Source: Macrostomum lignano (Eukaryota). Taken from it: 64,000 bases of DNA. The translations under genes were made by a program, and so were the position numbers. The notes beneath the pieces are model-generated. The model did not search any database, was not told where the DNA came from, and saw only the letters and a program-made list of their open reading frames with translations. Positions 1-16,459 of the stretch are shown here, piece by piece. Numbering within the stretch: the stretch's first letter is position 1; each line of letters opens with the position of its first letter. The stretch covers positions 221,009 through 285,008 of the forward strand of contig NIVC01002256.1 in NCBI GenBank assembly GCA_002269645.1. The letters run 5' to 3'.

Positions 1-2946
1 GCGGCCAGCCAATCAGAAGCCAGGCCGCGGCACCAGGCGCTGGACTGCAGGCTGGCCTGCCGACTGACTGTGCGAGCAGCGACCAGCGGCGGCAGGCAGC
101 TGGCGGCGGCGGATTCGCTGGGCATCGAAAACTGCGGAGAATTGCGGCAGATTTGTTTAGTGTCAGTGGCAGATTTGTTTAGTGTCGGTGGCAGATTAGT
201 TTAGTGTCGGTGGCAGATTGGTTTGCCACCGATGGCATATTTGTTTAGTGTCGGTGGCAGATTTGTAAAGTCGCAGGTGGCAGATTTGTTCAGTGTCGGT
301 GGCATATTTGTAAAGTGGCAGGTGGCAGATTTGTAAAGTGGCAGGTGGCAGATTTGGTTAGTGTCGGTGGCAGATTTGTTTAGTGTCGGTGGCAGATTTG
401 TTTAGTGTCGGTGGCAGATTTGTTTAGTGTCGGTGGCAGATTTGTTCAGTGTCGGTGGCATATTTGTAAAGTGGCAGGTGGCAGATTTGTTCAGTGTCGG
501 TGGCAGATTTGTAAAGTGGCAGGTGGCAGATTTGTTCAGTGTCGGTGGCATATTTGTAAAGTGGCAGGTGGCAGATTTGTTCAGTGTCGATGGCATATTT
601 GTAAAGTGGCAGGTGGCAGATTGGTGAACTGTCGGTGGCAGATTGGTGAAGTGTCGGTGGCAGATTGGTGAAGTGTCGGTGGCAGATTGGTGAAGTGTCG
701 GTGGCAGATTGGTGAAGTGTCGGTGGCAGATTGGTGAAGTGTCGGTGGCAGATTTAAAAAAATACGCTCTCGGGGCCACCGGCCGCTCCCTCACGCTGCA
801 CTCCGTGGCCAGACCGCAGAACCGAGCGCTGTCGTATGCCAGACGCTCCGCAGGTCCGCTGGTCCTCTTGTCCATCGCCAAGTTGACTTCGTTGACGATG
901 CCCGACAGCTCGGTGCACTGAATTGGCGACTTTTTAGCAGCAGCGGTTGTTGGTATTGGTTCAGTGGTCGGCGTCAGGGTTTCGACAATTGGTTGATTGC
1001 CGACATTGAAGCCCAGCAGCAGGGGGCACTCTGGACGGTCTCGCGAGTGGCATTGAGTCGGCGATTCGCCTGCGCTGCTGAAGAAGTTGACGCTGCCGCA
1101 GCAGAAAGCGCATCTGGAGTGGACAAGATTGGGGCGATTTTTCTGGAATAGATTGGGGCGATTTTTCTTTACTAAATTTGGCGATTTTTCTAGACTAAAT
1201 TGGGCGATTTTCTTTACTAAATTTGGCGATTTTTCTAGACTAAATTGGGCGATTTTCTAGACTAAATTGGGCGATTTTTCTAGACTGAATTGGGCGATTT
1301 TTTTAGACTGAATTGGGCGATTTTTCTAGACTGAATTGGGCGATTTTTTAGACTGAATTGGGCGATTTTTCTAGACTGAATTGGGCGATTTTTTAGACTG
1401 AATTGGGCGATTTTTCTAGACTAAATTGGAGGATTTTTCTAGCCTGAATTTGGCGATTTTTCTACACTAAATTGGAGGATTTTTCTAGACTGAATTGGGC
1501 GATTTTTTTAGACTGAATTGGGCGATTTTTCTAGACTGAATTGGGCGATTTTTTTAGACTGAATTGGGCGATTTTTCTAGACTAAATTGGAGGATTTTTC
1601 TAGACTAAATTGGAGGATTTTTCTAGACTAAATTGGGCGATTTTTCTAGACTAAATTGGGCGATTTTTCTACACTAAATTGGAGGATTTTTCTAGACTAA
1701 ATTGGGCGATTTTTCTACACTAAATTGGAGGATTTTTCTAGACTAAATTGGGCGATTTTTTTAGACTAAATTGGGCGATTTTTCTAGACTGAATTGGGCG
1801 ATTTTTTTAGACTGAATTGGGCGATTTTTCTAGACTGAATTGGGCGATTTTTTTAGACTGAATTGGGCGATTTTTCTAGACTGAATTGGGCGATTTTTTT
1901 AGACTGAATTGGGCGATTTTTCTAGACTAAATTGGAGGATTTTTCTAGACTGAATTTGGCGATTTTTCTACACTAAATTGGAGGATTTTTCTAGACTGAA
2001 TTGGGCGATTTTTTTAGACTGAATTGGGCGATTTTTCTAGACTAAATTGGAGGATTTTTCTAGACTAAATTGGGCGATTTTTCTAGACTAAATTGGGCGA
2101 TTTTTCTACACTAAATTGGAGGATTTTTCTAGACTAAATTGAGCGATTTTTCTACCCTAAATTGGAGGATTTTTCTAGACTAAATTGGGCGATTTTTCTA
2201 CCCTAAATTGGAGGATTTTTCTAGACTAAATTGGGCGATTTTTCTAGACTAAATTGGGCGATTTTTCTAGACTGAATTAAGCGATTTTTCTACACTAAAT
2301 TGGAGGATTTTTCTAGACTAAATTGAGCGATTTTTCAACACTAAATTGGAGGATTTTTCTAGACTAAATTGGAGGATTTTTCTAGACTGAATTTGGTCCC
2401 AAATATATTCACGAGGTTAATTATTCAGTAGAGATTCGTGGGAACTCTACACCCTGTTTGAGCATGTGCCCTCTGGGGGTCAACAGAATGGACATAATCT
2501 GTTCAGTTAGAATTCTGCAATAAGCGAAGCCGCGCCCACCTCAGCGGGTGCCGCACCCGGCCAGTGAAGTACAGACCCTCGGCCGCGGCGGCTTTCACGT
2601 CTTCCGGCTGACGAGGCACCGGCGTGGCACCGGCGCCGCTACTTGCAGCTGCAGACACCGAGAGAAAAGTCAGCAGCCGATTTTGCTCCAGTCGCATGTC
2701 GCGACACGCTGTAGGCAGGCCGGCTGGCAGTCGGTACGACTGGGACACCACAGCGGCCACCTCCGCCGCTGAAAAGTCTACTCGGCGACGCTCACGAACT
2801 CCAGTGACAGCGTTGTCGGCATAGTAGGCCATGTAACGGCACAGTCGAATGCCGCCTTTGCTGTCCGGGATGTTGTTGTTTACTGAGGAGTTGGTAGCCT
2901 CGGAAACAGTTAAATCAGGAGTTGGAGCTGCGGCAGTGTTGGCCAT
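1..2946 (-). CDS. BIR-domain inhibitor-of-apoptosis (IAP) protein, 5' part; gene continues off the left edge
   Basis: Exons 2946-2540 (phase 2), 1113-795 (phase 0) and 131-<1, with GT/AG boundaries. The spliced product reads MRLEQNRLLTF...AAAAEGLYFTGRVRHPLR|CAFCCGSVNFFSSAGESPTQCHSRDRPECPLLLGFNVGNQPI. This has the BIR hallmarks RLxTF, A-x-G-(F/L)Y-x-TG, C-x2-C-x17-H-x6-C and the GNxP tail. The exon 2 donor and exon 3 frame are less certain. Confidence 0.85.
157..752. repeat. Tandem array, ~22-23 bp unit (GTGTCGGTGGCAGATTTGTTTA and variants), in IAP intron 2
   Basis: Directly visible periodicity with three unit variants arranged in blocks. Confidence 0.95.
1130..2395. repeat. Tandem array, ~23 bp unit (GATTTTTCTAGACTAAATTGGGC), in IAP intron 1
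   Basis: Roughly 50 near-identical copies; begins about 15 nt from the acceptor at 1114. Confidence 0.97.
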
Positions 2947-4504
2947 AGACAGTAGATGGTCGATGATTGCCCTGTGTCTTTGATTTGGCCGGCAGCCTTC
3001 CAGTTGAAATAGGCTGCATTGAGAGCCGATTTCCTGTCGGAATTAGAAAATTTGTGTTTTAGCCAATAGTTGCAAAGATAGACTATAACAAAACCCTTAT
3101 TTTACATAAAAAAATTTTGGCCCTTTATTCATTGACAACAATTATGTAGGAACGAATTATAAATAATAATAGTTACACACCTGAGCGATGGCTGCACATT
3201 TAAACCTGTAATATGCATTAGTTTCATTAGATAAAGCAGCTCTTTCAAGCTCATTCAAATAGTTTTGAAGGTGCTTTGCAGAACTTTGATTCTGCCATGT
3301 GGTTCCTACTAATAGTTCAGGAGAATTCATGGGCAAGAAATGAATTACCAACGTCTAGTAATATAATTATCAAAAAGGTTATAGCGGTACTACAAGTAAT
3401 GATTTTCAAAACATTTGCTTTTATTGACTGAAATGTGTAATCACCTAATATTATATGCTTTTATAACGTTTTATCTTTTTATTTTTATATTTTTTCAAAT
3501 GTAATAGGAATCTAGTGGAGACGTGTTAGTTCCTTGTTTTACATGATATTTCTTAGTATAGTTTGCTTTAATTTTGTGCGATCCAACGCAGTATAATAAA
3601 TTCTACTGCTTTAAATAGCATATTAGTCTTAAAAAACAACTGTTAAAGTTTTAAAATGTTTTAGAACTTCTATATTCTTTTCACTTAAATTTTTTCTTCT
3701 CGGAGTTTAAAAGTAAATACGTATTTGAATTTGCACTAATTTTCCTTATAGTTCGTGCATGGCCTGGCTGGCCTGGTTCGTCCGGTCTACGTCGCCCGTC
3801 GCCGTCGTCGTCGTATTTGATTTGACTGTTAATAATTTGGTATATTAACTATAATATGTCATGTATGCAGATTGCAGATTCTGCACGTCTGTCGTTTTTC
3901 ATCAAAAAATTACCATTAAAATTGCACTAAAATAAAGCAATCTTTTATACAAGTCAATTACTAGGGCCTAGGACTTTGAGTAGGCCTATGCCAATGCCGC
4001 CTATTGTATTAGGCCTAGGGCCTACTATAAATTTTAATAAATCAAATGTGCTGTAACCTGTAACCTTTTTATTCCAGAACCATTAGGGCCTATGTCAATT
4101 TCTTGAAACAATTAAAGTAAAGAGAAATTATTAAATATTTTACTCATGCAGTCTTATACTCTTATTATCAGTTGGTACATGATAGATTAAGGTTGGCTTC
4201 CAGTCAATCTAGCAACAAGACGATTTGGCAATAGACAATCTGCCAACAGTCAAATTAGCAAAAGAGAATCTGGCAACAGATTTTGTATTGTAGATTTTAC
4301 AGATTTTAAATACAAACAAAACTTTACATAAACAGTTTTTAATTTAACATGTAGATATTTTACTTCTTTAGGATGGCCAGTATCTTTTCTAATAAAAATG
4401 GTACATTATGGCTATACTTCTGCTATAATTTAGAGTGTCACATCAAAAATTTTATTTTAATAATGTATTTGATTATATAATATGCATGTGGCATTTAGTA
4501 AAAA

Positions 4505-7500
4505 TAAAGTGTCGTAGGGCTTACTTCTGTCCTCCAACTATACCACAGTTAAGCCACCAAATTTGTACTAGGCCTTTTAGTTCTCTCTAGAAAATCTCAA
4601 CCGCTGATACCAAGTTGTGCTAGGTGTGGACTGTGTGGTTCCCTTCCGATACAAAATCCCACTAATTGCCACCAGCTATGACAGGTTTTCAATTTCCCTC
4701 TATTAAATTTATACTGCTGATACTAAATTCTGCCTTTAGTATTTCTAACTGTTTCTTAGAATTTCATTTGAATATGAGGTGAGGGTGGAGAAGATTTTCT
4801 ATGGCAACCTTACAAAATTAATTTGAATGATGGGGTTTCTTCAAAAACGGTCAGCGTTGTTTTCGCACAAATTAAACCAGAGACTCGCGCAGACAAAGCA
4901 CAATGAAATTTCTTCTCCTTTACTATGACTGCTGGGTTCTCAAGTCCAGGGGGAGGGTAGTTGTAATCGTAGCGGAGCAGTCGTAGAGCGGCACGGTCGT
5001 TCAGTTGTAGGAACTCGGGAGATTCTGTCTCCGTAAATTGATGCGTCGATGTATTGAACTCATTATTGTCAGTAGGGTAGTTGCTGCCACCACCATAATT
5101 TACGTATTACGGAACGAATAGAGTCTCAGAGCTTTCTTTGAGTTAAGACTAATTGGTTATTTTATGCCCCATGGACAAATGACTCAAGATAAGTTATGGC
5201 AATGTCAACGGATAAATAGTAGTTATTGATTAACTTGTCGACGTTATTTATTGGTTATATTATAGGTGTTGTTAGATTATTTATATTATCAGCAGGTGTT
5301 GAGTTATTACTTGTGCACAAGGATTCTTTCAGGCGGCGACATATAGACAATCGACCGAGCAACAAGACAAAATGAGCAGCGAGTTATAGAAAGCAGGACA
5401 AGATTAATACCAAATAAACAACTTAAACAGGAAAGGTTTTATTTGAAAATCATCGCAGCAGAACTGCAGTTTATATAAGAAAAATTATTAAACTCAATTT
5501 AGGGATGGCGGTTGGGACGGATAGCTGGGCTACAGGGTGGGCGAACATATGGGCAGCCAGATGGACAAATTGAACACATAGCATTGGATAGCAAAATGGC
5601 ATAGATCAACAAAAGGAAAAATCGCTTCAATGGCAGGGCAACCCAAAGGGACAACAATGGGAAGCACAAGGGCAACGTTGGGAAAGTATAATGCAGCACA
5701 ACTGTTGGAAAATCAAATAAAAAAAATTCCAGTAATTGGGCATCAATTTAAATGGAAAATTATTATTATTAAAGTTTAAAGTATCAAAGTTTTGTGGCAA
5801 CCTGCCTGCCACAAATATACTGGTAGCGTTTTTATGTGTTAGTCTGGTAGCTTCTTATGTATTAGTCTGGAAGCGACTTATGTATATGGCCTGAGCGGTC
5901 CTACTGGTATATGTACTTTCTCTCTCCAGTCTGGGCATTACCGTGATTAGAGGGTCACAGCGATTACTCTTGGTATTGATACCCTTTGCATGAATTCCTA
6001 ATTCTGACTTCCAATACTTTTAGAATAAAATGAGCAATGATCTGAGAATGGTTTATTGAACACGTTTTGAGCTTATAGCTAGCAAACGAGTTATTTTTCC
6101 TATCTCCAACTTCGCTCCTATTTATACCATCTTGACTGTGTATATTTATAATAAACGTAGAATATTAAGAATATTTCGCAAATTAAAACAAAACATAGTT
6201 TTCGCGTAATTTTAGAAATAAGGTTTCCTAGAAAACAGTAACCGCTTCTACAAAAGGATGCATCAATTTTATGCAGTTTCCTATTTTTTAAAACAATTTT
6301 ATCATTATAAGAAAGAAAATAAGCTGTTGAAACCTGCACATTTCAAACTAACCTACATTTCTCCTATCCAATTATAATTTTTAATCTTTAGAACTATTTT
6401 TGCATATTCTATTAAAATAAATATTTATTATTAATATAATAGAGCCTAACAATAATAACAGTTATAAGTAATTGTAACAATTAAAGCTCTCTAATGTTTA
6501 AATGCCAATAGCCAATTTATATATATATGAACATATATTTAGCTTTTTTTACAACTTGTTATTAGATTGAATATGGCATTGTTGCTAGATTGTCTATTGC
6601 TAGATCATCCTATTGCCAGATTGACTGGATACCATTAGGTCTTATTACTATTAGCCTATACTTAATTCTTAAATAGGCTAATATAACTTTTGATTGAAAG
6701 CCTTGCCTTAAGTAAAGATAGGCCCCTAAGGCCTATTCAATTAGAATGTCAAATAAATTCAATAATGGGCAATGGCAATAGTTGTTTTAGTTATTATCAG
6801 TTCTTTTAACCATTCTTTCATTTGCTAAATTATAACATAGGCCTAGTCATTTGTTTTGTTTACTATAAAATATTTATAATATGCTGTTAGTATTAGGCCT
6901 AAGTGTTAAGGAAATATCTTTATAAACAATGCTTATTCCCATAGTTATATATTTTATATTATCTTTACACCATATTTTTTTGAATAATTGCATAGTGCAC
7001 ATACTTCATAGGCCTTGTATTGACCTATGCTAACTTTCCATACCATATTCAATATAAATATTTTATTTTAGAAACTTCTGTAAATACTACTTTATTTTCT
7101 ATATTAGACAATTTAAATTCCCATATGTATGCTTCTTATTCAAATTGACTTGATACAAATGTCAGGAATTAAATGCTGTTTGAGCGAGTATAAATTGCAA
7201 TATATGTCGTAGGGCTCCGTCTCTCTATATAATTTCAACCGCTGACACCAAAGTTGTCGTAGGGGTGTTCCCGTACGACACAAAATCCTACCGCTGTAAC
7301 CAAAGTTGTCGCAGGGGTAACTTCTGTCCCTACAAATGATTTCACCGCTGTCACTAAGTTGTTGCGGGGGTTATTCCTTCTTGTTAATATTGCTGGTTAT
7401 TACTTGCCTTTTACTCGTAGTGCATGTACTTTTATTGGTAGTGTATGTACTTCTATTGGTAGCGTCTGTACTTCTATTGGTAGCGTCTGTACTTCTATTG

Positions 7501-8520
7501 GTAGCGTATGTACTTTTATTGTACTTTCTGGCCTGAGCGGTCCCTTTAGGCACTGTCTACCTATTCCTATATTCCTCTAAAGATATTATTCTCTCAGTCC
7601 TGGGCGTTCCCGGGATCAGAGGGTCACAGCACACTTTGCTGGGTATTCTGCCCTGAGGCGGGTTTCTCAGACTCTGAGTCTGGACTTCTCTACCCTGTGG
7701 TAGGATTTCTGCCTTTCTAAAGGCAGGTTACTAGACTTCTAAGTCTAGGATTTCTCGTTCTCTGAGAATGGACTAAGTTTCTCCCAATTTGGGGATCCTA
7801 ATGCTGCTAAATAACTAAGTCAATAAGTATTAATCAAGCTTCAATTTTAGGATACTAGAACAGTTTAAGCTTTGAAGCCATGCAATGAGGCGAGTTGCTC
7901 TCCTTCAGTTTCAGCTCGTGTATTTATACTCCTCTCTTAGTTCATTTTAAACAAATAACATTTCATAATATTTATAATATTTACAATACTACTAATATTA
8001 TACGCATTAAAACAAAAATAGTCTAATTTCAAACGTACTACTTTCTAAGAAACAGCAATCGCTAAGTGAAATATATATTTCACTATCATATATTTGTAAT
8101 AGTGAAATAGGGGTGAAAAAAAATTTTTGGCAGCCTAGTTGGCTAACACCAAATTGGAACAGTTCTAACTTTTGAATTTCTGCTGGCATTGGGTTTGAAC
8201 AAATAAATCTAGAAAATCATACAGACAAATCCTAACAAAATTTTTCCTATTTTACTCTGGCTGCCAGGGTCCTTAATTCTGGGAGGAAGGTAGTTGTAAT
8301 TATAGACAAGTGGTCTTTGTTAGGCTCAGTCATTCAGAGCAGGTCCTTAGACACCAAAATTAATGTTCATTGAAATGCTTAGCTGATTATTATCAGTAGT
8401 GTAGCACTGCCACCATTGTAATTTATGTATTACAGAACAATGATAACAAAGCTTTCTTTAAGATAAGAACTTGGTTATTTTATGCCCCACAGGCAAATGA
8501 CTTAAGATAGGCTATGGCTT
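4505..8520. repeat. Two diverged copies of a dispersed repeat family (unclassified TE remnants)
   Basis: Shared blocks: ~4510-4680 with ~7205-7350 (GTCGTAGGGCT..CAACCGCTGA); ~4930-5215 with ~8265-8520 (..TTGGTTATTTTTATGCCCCA..); ~5885-5990 with ~7530-7650 (GGCCTGAGCGGTCC..AGAGGGTCACAGC). Confidence 0.7.
7436..7515. repeat. Short tandem repeat, 21 bp (TACTTCTATTGGTAGCGTCTG) x ~4
   Basis: Directly visible. Confidence 0.85.
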
Positions 8521-8629
8521 CATTTAATTAATAAGTTTAGTTGAAGGTTATTAAAATTTATTAAGAGCAAAACTTAAAATATTAACTAGATTAAGCAAAG
8601 GTGACTTATTATTAGGCTCATTCCATATA

Positions 8630-9012
8630 AGCATGGTCGTAACATGACAGGCTATTTTTACTTATAAAATGAAATATAATAATAGAATATACTAAACCAA
8701 TATTTTAAATGAAAGATAATTTTGTCAAAAATATTTTTATAGAGTTTCATGTAGATATCATCATTACTATAGATGCTATTAAACCTTGAATGGCACTTAT
8801 GGTCGTAACAACAGGATTTTTGACATATAGAAACTAAAAGGTAAAAGTCTTATAACATTTTTATTTTTGATATTTTGCAATACATTTTTAAAAATTTGAC
8901 TAAGAACATCTTTAGTAATCATACTCTTTTTGTAGAATATATAAACTCAAAAAGGCAACAAAGATACAAAAGAAAAGGCAGCCTTATGGTCGTAACATTA
9001 TGGTCGTAACAT
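8630..9012. repeat. Four spaced copies of ATGGTCGTAACA, possibly subterminal repeats of a DNA transposon end
   Basis: Copies near 8634, 8799, 8986 and 9000; no matching opposite end was found. Confidence 0.4.
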
Positions 9013-12000
9013 ATTTTTTTCTGTCAATTCAGTAACTTTGAGGTACCAATATATTAAAAATATAATAGATTATTTGGTCACCAATACTTTTATCTGATGA
9101 TGCAAGTACTATACTTTTATCTATAGTTTGTTTCAACCTTCCAAAGCTTTCTATTTGTTTTTAAAAGGTACACAAACTTATTGATGTCTTTTGCTTAGAA
9201 AAATGTCTAAATTTTTACAAAAATGACTTTTTGCCACTTGATAGCATACTAATCTAACATTTTATCATTCATTTATTCTTAGATTGTAGATATTACACAT
9301 AAAAAAACATTTGGTAAAAAAAATGGCTGATAAGGCAATGGCAAGCAAAAATATTGACTTTTTTCTATTTTCCAAAAATGTCCATCTTATATGGAATGAG
9401 CCATTATGATGGTGATTGGTGACTCTACTAGTAGACAATAACCTGCAGCACCACATGCGCACTCATAAGTGTTAATTTGAAATCAAGTGCAAGCTAACAG
9501 GCTCAAGTCAAACTAAAAGGATTTCTAAGAGTTAAAGTAGTAAAACCAATTAAATTGTTCAGCAGAAAGAAGAAGAAAAAGGAAGGTAGACAGGATAGGA
9601 AGGCATAAAATTGAGCAACGCTAGTAAGCACCATTAAATAAAAGTTAGAGAGCAGAAAGTGGACAAAGGAGGACAAAGCATGGATGCCAAAAACCAAAAC
9701 ACGGAAACAAAATTTTACTGTAGAAAAACAAAGGAAAGGAAAAAAATAACTAGACAGAAGACATACAAAACCAGGAAAATGAGCAAGGAGGCCAAGCCTA
9801 GGAACCAAGAATATGACAAAATTTCGTCGAAGGAAGCACCTTATGATGGACAGATTGGGCCAACCTGGGTAATAGAAAAAGAGGGGAAGATCACATGGGT
9901 CATTCTGAAATTATTAATAGTAAATTGAAAATAAGAAAATTAAATTGTTAGTGATAGTCCCCACTACCACAGGCTTGGGGAAGCCGTACTGATGAAAAGA
10001 AAATGGATCTCTTGGTCCTCAATGGTATCCTTGTTGCTGGGCTGGGGCTTGGCCTCCTTGGTTAGCTAGCTGAGTGCCGCAGGTTGGACCATTGTCCATG
10101 GCAGTCAAGCCAGCTGTTGGCAGGGCTGATGTTGACTACGCTTTGGCCTTGGCTGAGCTAGCAATCTAGGCACACTCACAGAGCTGCTCTAGCAAGTGCA
10201 CAAACTGGCAGGTGATCAAGTGGTCAATAGTCACAGCAAGCAGGGTGCAGCATAGCCAAAGCTGCTGGCCTTTGGTCTTAGAGCCAAGTTGGGCTGCAGT
10301 TGAGACGGCTGCTATCTCAATGGCTAAATCCACTGCTGCCAGGTTGTACTGCTGGGCCAGCTGCGACCAGTTTTTGCAGTTGCTAGATGTCAGCAACTGA
10401 TGCCAGCCTCTCCTTTACTTCTAGCAACAATAGCTTGGCAAGCTAAAAGGCAATCTCCTCCAGTTCACTTGTTGGGGCGCCAAGGGGCTCTATCGGGAAG
10501 CTGCCAGCATATCGGAGCTAGACCTGCTAGTCCACATTGCAGGCAGTGGAGGCAGTGTGAGGTGGTGGTTGGGCTCTAGCAGTCATATAGAGTCCGGCTC
10601 AGGGGCCAGCGGGAAGGTGTGCAACATGGTCCATGAGGCCGTTGAGCCAAGGGCCAGGCATATACAGAGCCTCCAAGGGCTTGGGATAGCCATTGGCTAG
10701 GTCCATTGTGTCTATCAGGACCAGGTCAAGTGATTCGCAGCCTCCACTCACTATCACTCTATCAGGTTGTTGTCTTCAACTGGTTGCTGCATAGTGATGT
10801 CGCTTGGGCGAGCAGTCGCAGCAATAGCAGATAAGCAAAAGGGACCAATGTACAAAGGGATTTATAAACAATTTGGGCTTAGTAGACAATGAATGCAATA
10901 TAGATTAATTATACAGCTTGTCACAGAAGTTAAATCAGAGTTAACAAATTCACAATCTGCGCTGTGTCCTTTTCGCCAATATCGTTGAGATGAATGACTG
11001 GTGGCCCATTGTCTTGGATTTCTAATTGCTCATAAAATGCTAATAAATTCCCTTTGTCTCTTGTCATGTAGGTTGATCACCATAGCAATGGCAGAGTCAG
11101 CACACTGATGGATCTGGAGCTCCTCGCAGGTGACTGGCCTTGGGATATGATCTGTTAGATTCAGAGTTCAGCGTCTGTCAGTAGGATTTGTTGGTGCAGC
11201 TTTGGCTGTTGTGGCATGGTTTGGGGTCTGGAGCTCCCTCTGCATGATTGCTACTTAGACCAGTTGCCAGATTGTTGTTGTGTCCGAAGGTTGTTCCTCC
11301 TCAATAGCTTCGGTGTCACTGTCATTAGGTTTAGATTTGTCAGCAGATGATGATGATGAGGCATCTGAGCTGTCAGCATTGCTGCTGAACCTCACTTTCT
11401 TCTTGAACTTACCTGGTAGGGCAGCAAGTGGGTTGGCAGCAGTTATCTCTGGCTGCACTGTGGTTGCTGTCTGTGTCACATTCAGCTAGTAGTTGGCAGC
11501 TCCTAGTATGAACCACTTTTCATTGGTTTGGGATATTAGATTCTGGGCTCAATTGTTGGGGCAAACTAGGGGAGCTGAGGAGATAAAGCAAGAGAGGGAA
11601 AGGAAGGCAGCAAGCTTAGGGAGCAGGCAGAAAAAGGGAGGCAAGGCTAAGCTTCATTCACACCAAATGTTGGAATATATGTTATTTCTATAATGCATTT
11701 GATTGATGTTTGTTATATGCAATAGGATCTTTATTGCTACACAAGCATGTGTTATACTTTCCTGATAGAAAAACCATCTAAAATTGCATTAGGCTAAAAT
11801 AGCATTCAGGCATAACATGCTTGCCTTAAATTAAGATCATTTTATTGGAATCAAGAATATTCTGCCAAGCACGTTATAAATATATGCCAAGCACTCAGCC
11901 AATAACTAAGTGTCCTTTTGGTTCGTTTTCTTACTTATTCCTCTTAGCCAAATATCTTTAAACAAACAGCTACTTTCATGCCTCATTTATTTAAATTACA

Positions 12001-12497
12001 TCCTAGATCCTAGGCCTAATAAGAAAATAAATATTTAGACTTGTAATTCCATACAATATATAATTCTTGACTATCATAGTGTCACATCATCTACTTATCA
12101 TCTTAATGTATGGCCATGTGAATGCTAATTCAAGTAAAAAAAATTAGATAATTTTTGCTCTCTTAGCTTTCTTTCTTGTACATTGTTGTATATGAAAGGG
12201 CCTGTCAGCTGAAGCTCATAGAGTGGAGCCCCAGTAACCTATGTACACAAATCATACACCATTCTGCTCAGTGACACCATTAAGCTGGATTTGGCAAAAT
12301 GTTACAAAAATTAGACCTAGGATATGAGAGAACAAGCAAGCCGACAATTAGGGACTCCACCTTATGAGCTTAAGTTTACATAATAGTCCCTAATTATCCT
12401 CTTGCTTGACTTGTGCATTTAGCACAGACATCTGCTGCTTTTCAAAATTGGCACCTTTACTTTTAACAAAAAACCCTATGATACCTACTGTAAGTAG

Positions 12498-15148
<2,651 letters not shown>

Positions 15149-15289
15149 TGAGACTAATGCTCCGGTTCTGCTGGATTTTCCTGTGTTTGACTCCTGTTGT
15201 TTAGCGAATTTTCAATCGCCTATTTATTTCTTTTTAATTACCTATTGTCACCTGATTCCTAGCCTCTCAGCTCCTTCATCAATCAATTC

Positions 15290-15710
15290 CCAGCATCTCA
15301 TCATCAGATCTCCAGCCTCCTCACCTGCCTCATCAGATCCCAGTCTCCGTCTCCTTTATTAAATCGCAGCCTCACAGCCTCCCATCTCCATCATCAGATC
15401 TCCAGTCTCCAATCTCCCTCATCAGATCTCCAGCCTCCAATCTCCCTCATCAGATCTCAGCCTCCCGTCTCCATTAAATCAGATCCCCAGCCTCCCATCC
15501 CCTCATGAGATCCCAGCCTTCCATCTCCTCCATCAGATCGCAGCCTCCCATCTCCTCCATCAGATCGCAGCCTCCCATCCCGTCATCAGATCCCAGCCTC
15601 CCATCCCCTCAGCAGATCCCAGCTTCCCATCTGCCTCATCAGATCTCAGCCTCCCATCTTCCTCATCAGATCCCAGCCTCCCATCTTCCTCATCAGATCC
15701 CTAGCCTCCA
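15290..15710. repeat. Tandem array, ~26 bp unit (CATCAGATCCCAGCCTCCCATCTCCT), 3' of the RBBP4 stop
   Basis: Directly visible; followed by AATAAA at ~15709. Confidence 0.9.
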
Positions 15711-16459
15711 ATAAAAAATTGAATTCGTAATTGCACCTGCAATTATTTATTTCATTGCTGCATGCTCCTGTCACTTATTATCTGACTGTCTCGTTAATTG
15801 TTGTCTAATTTTTAACGACTCTTTGCTACAAATACTACTTGTATGCGCATGAGTAGCCACTGTTTTCAATTGCAGCCGTCTTTTTTATTTATTAATTTAC
15901 AAACTAGCAAGTCTCGCACTCAGTTAGGCGTATCAAATGCTTTATTGTGTCTGTGCATTTGTTTATCTGGCTCGCGTCCCATCCTGGCCCGTTGATGTAT
16001 TTAAATTCAATAAAATTTGTTTTTATTTTCAATAGACTTTACTGTAAGTAGCAATATGCTAATATAGTGTGTTTTTTATTCGATATCTAAAACACGCAGT
16101 CGTGTTAAGCTTTAGTGTCATCTTGTATCGGCCTGCAGTGCTCCCGGTTTTGTGCTGAATGCTAATTAGCGTTGTTTTTAATATGCAAATGCCATCAGCA
16201 ACTTCAATGTATTTCTGTTCCTTAACTGAAACTATTGCAAATTATTTATTAATAATAATGATGATTTATAAATTCGACTTGGGTGCCGATTATTCTCGCA
16301 TTCGGGAGTGTTGAAATTTAAGTAATACTCGATTCGTTTGTTTGGGTTTATGACTTGTAAGATTTTTTATAACTTGAAGTTTGTGGGGTTGCTCATCGCC
16401 CTCATACCTATTCTGTCCGCTATTGGTCATCGCCCTCACCTCTTCTGTCCACTGTTGGT

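Noticed and set aside
9503-9928. Lys-rich and antisense Phe-rich ORFs
   Set aside because: Low-complexity A-rich sequence with no motifs or splice context.
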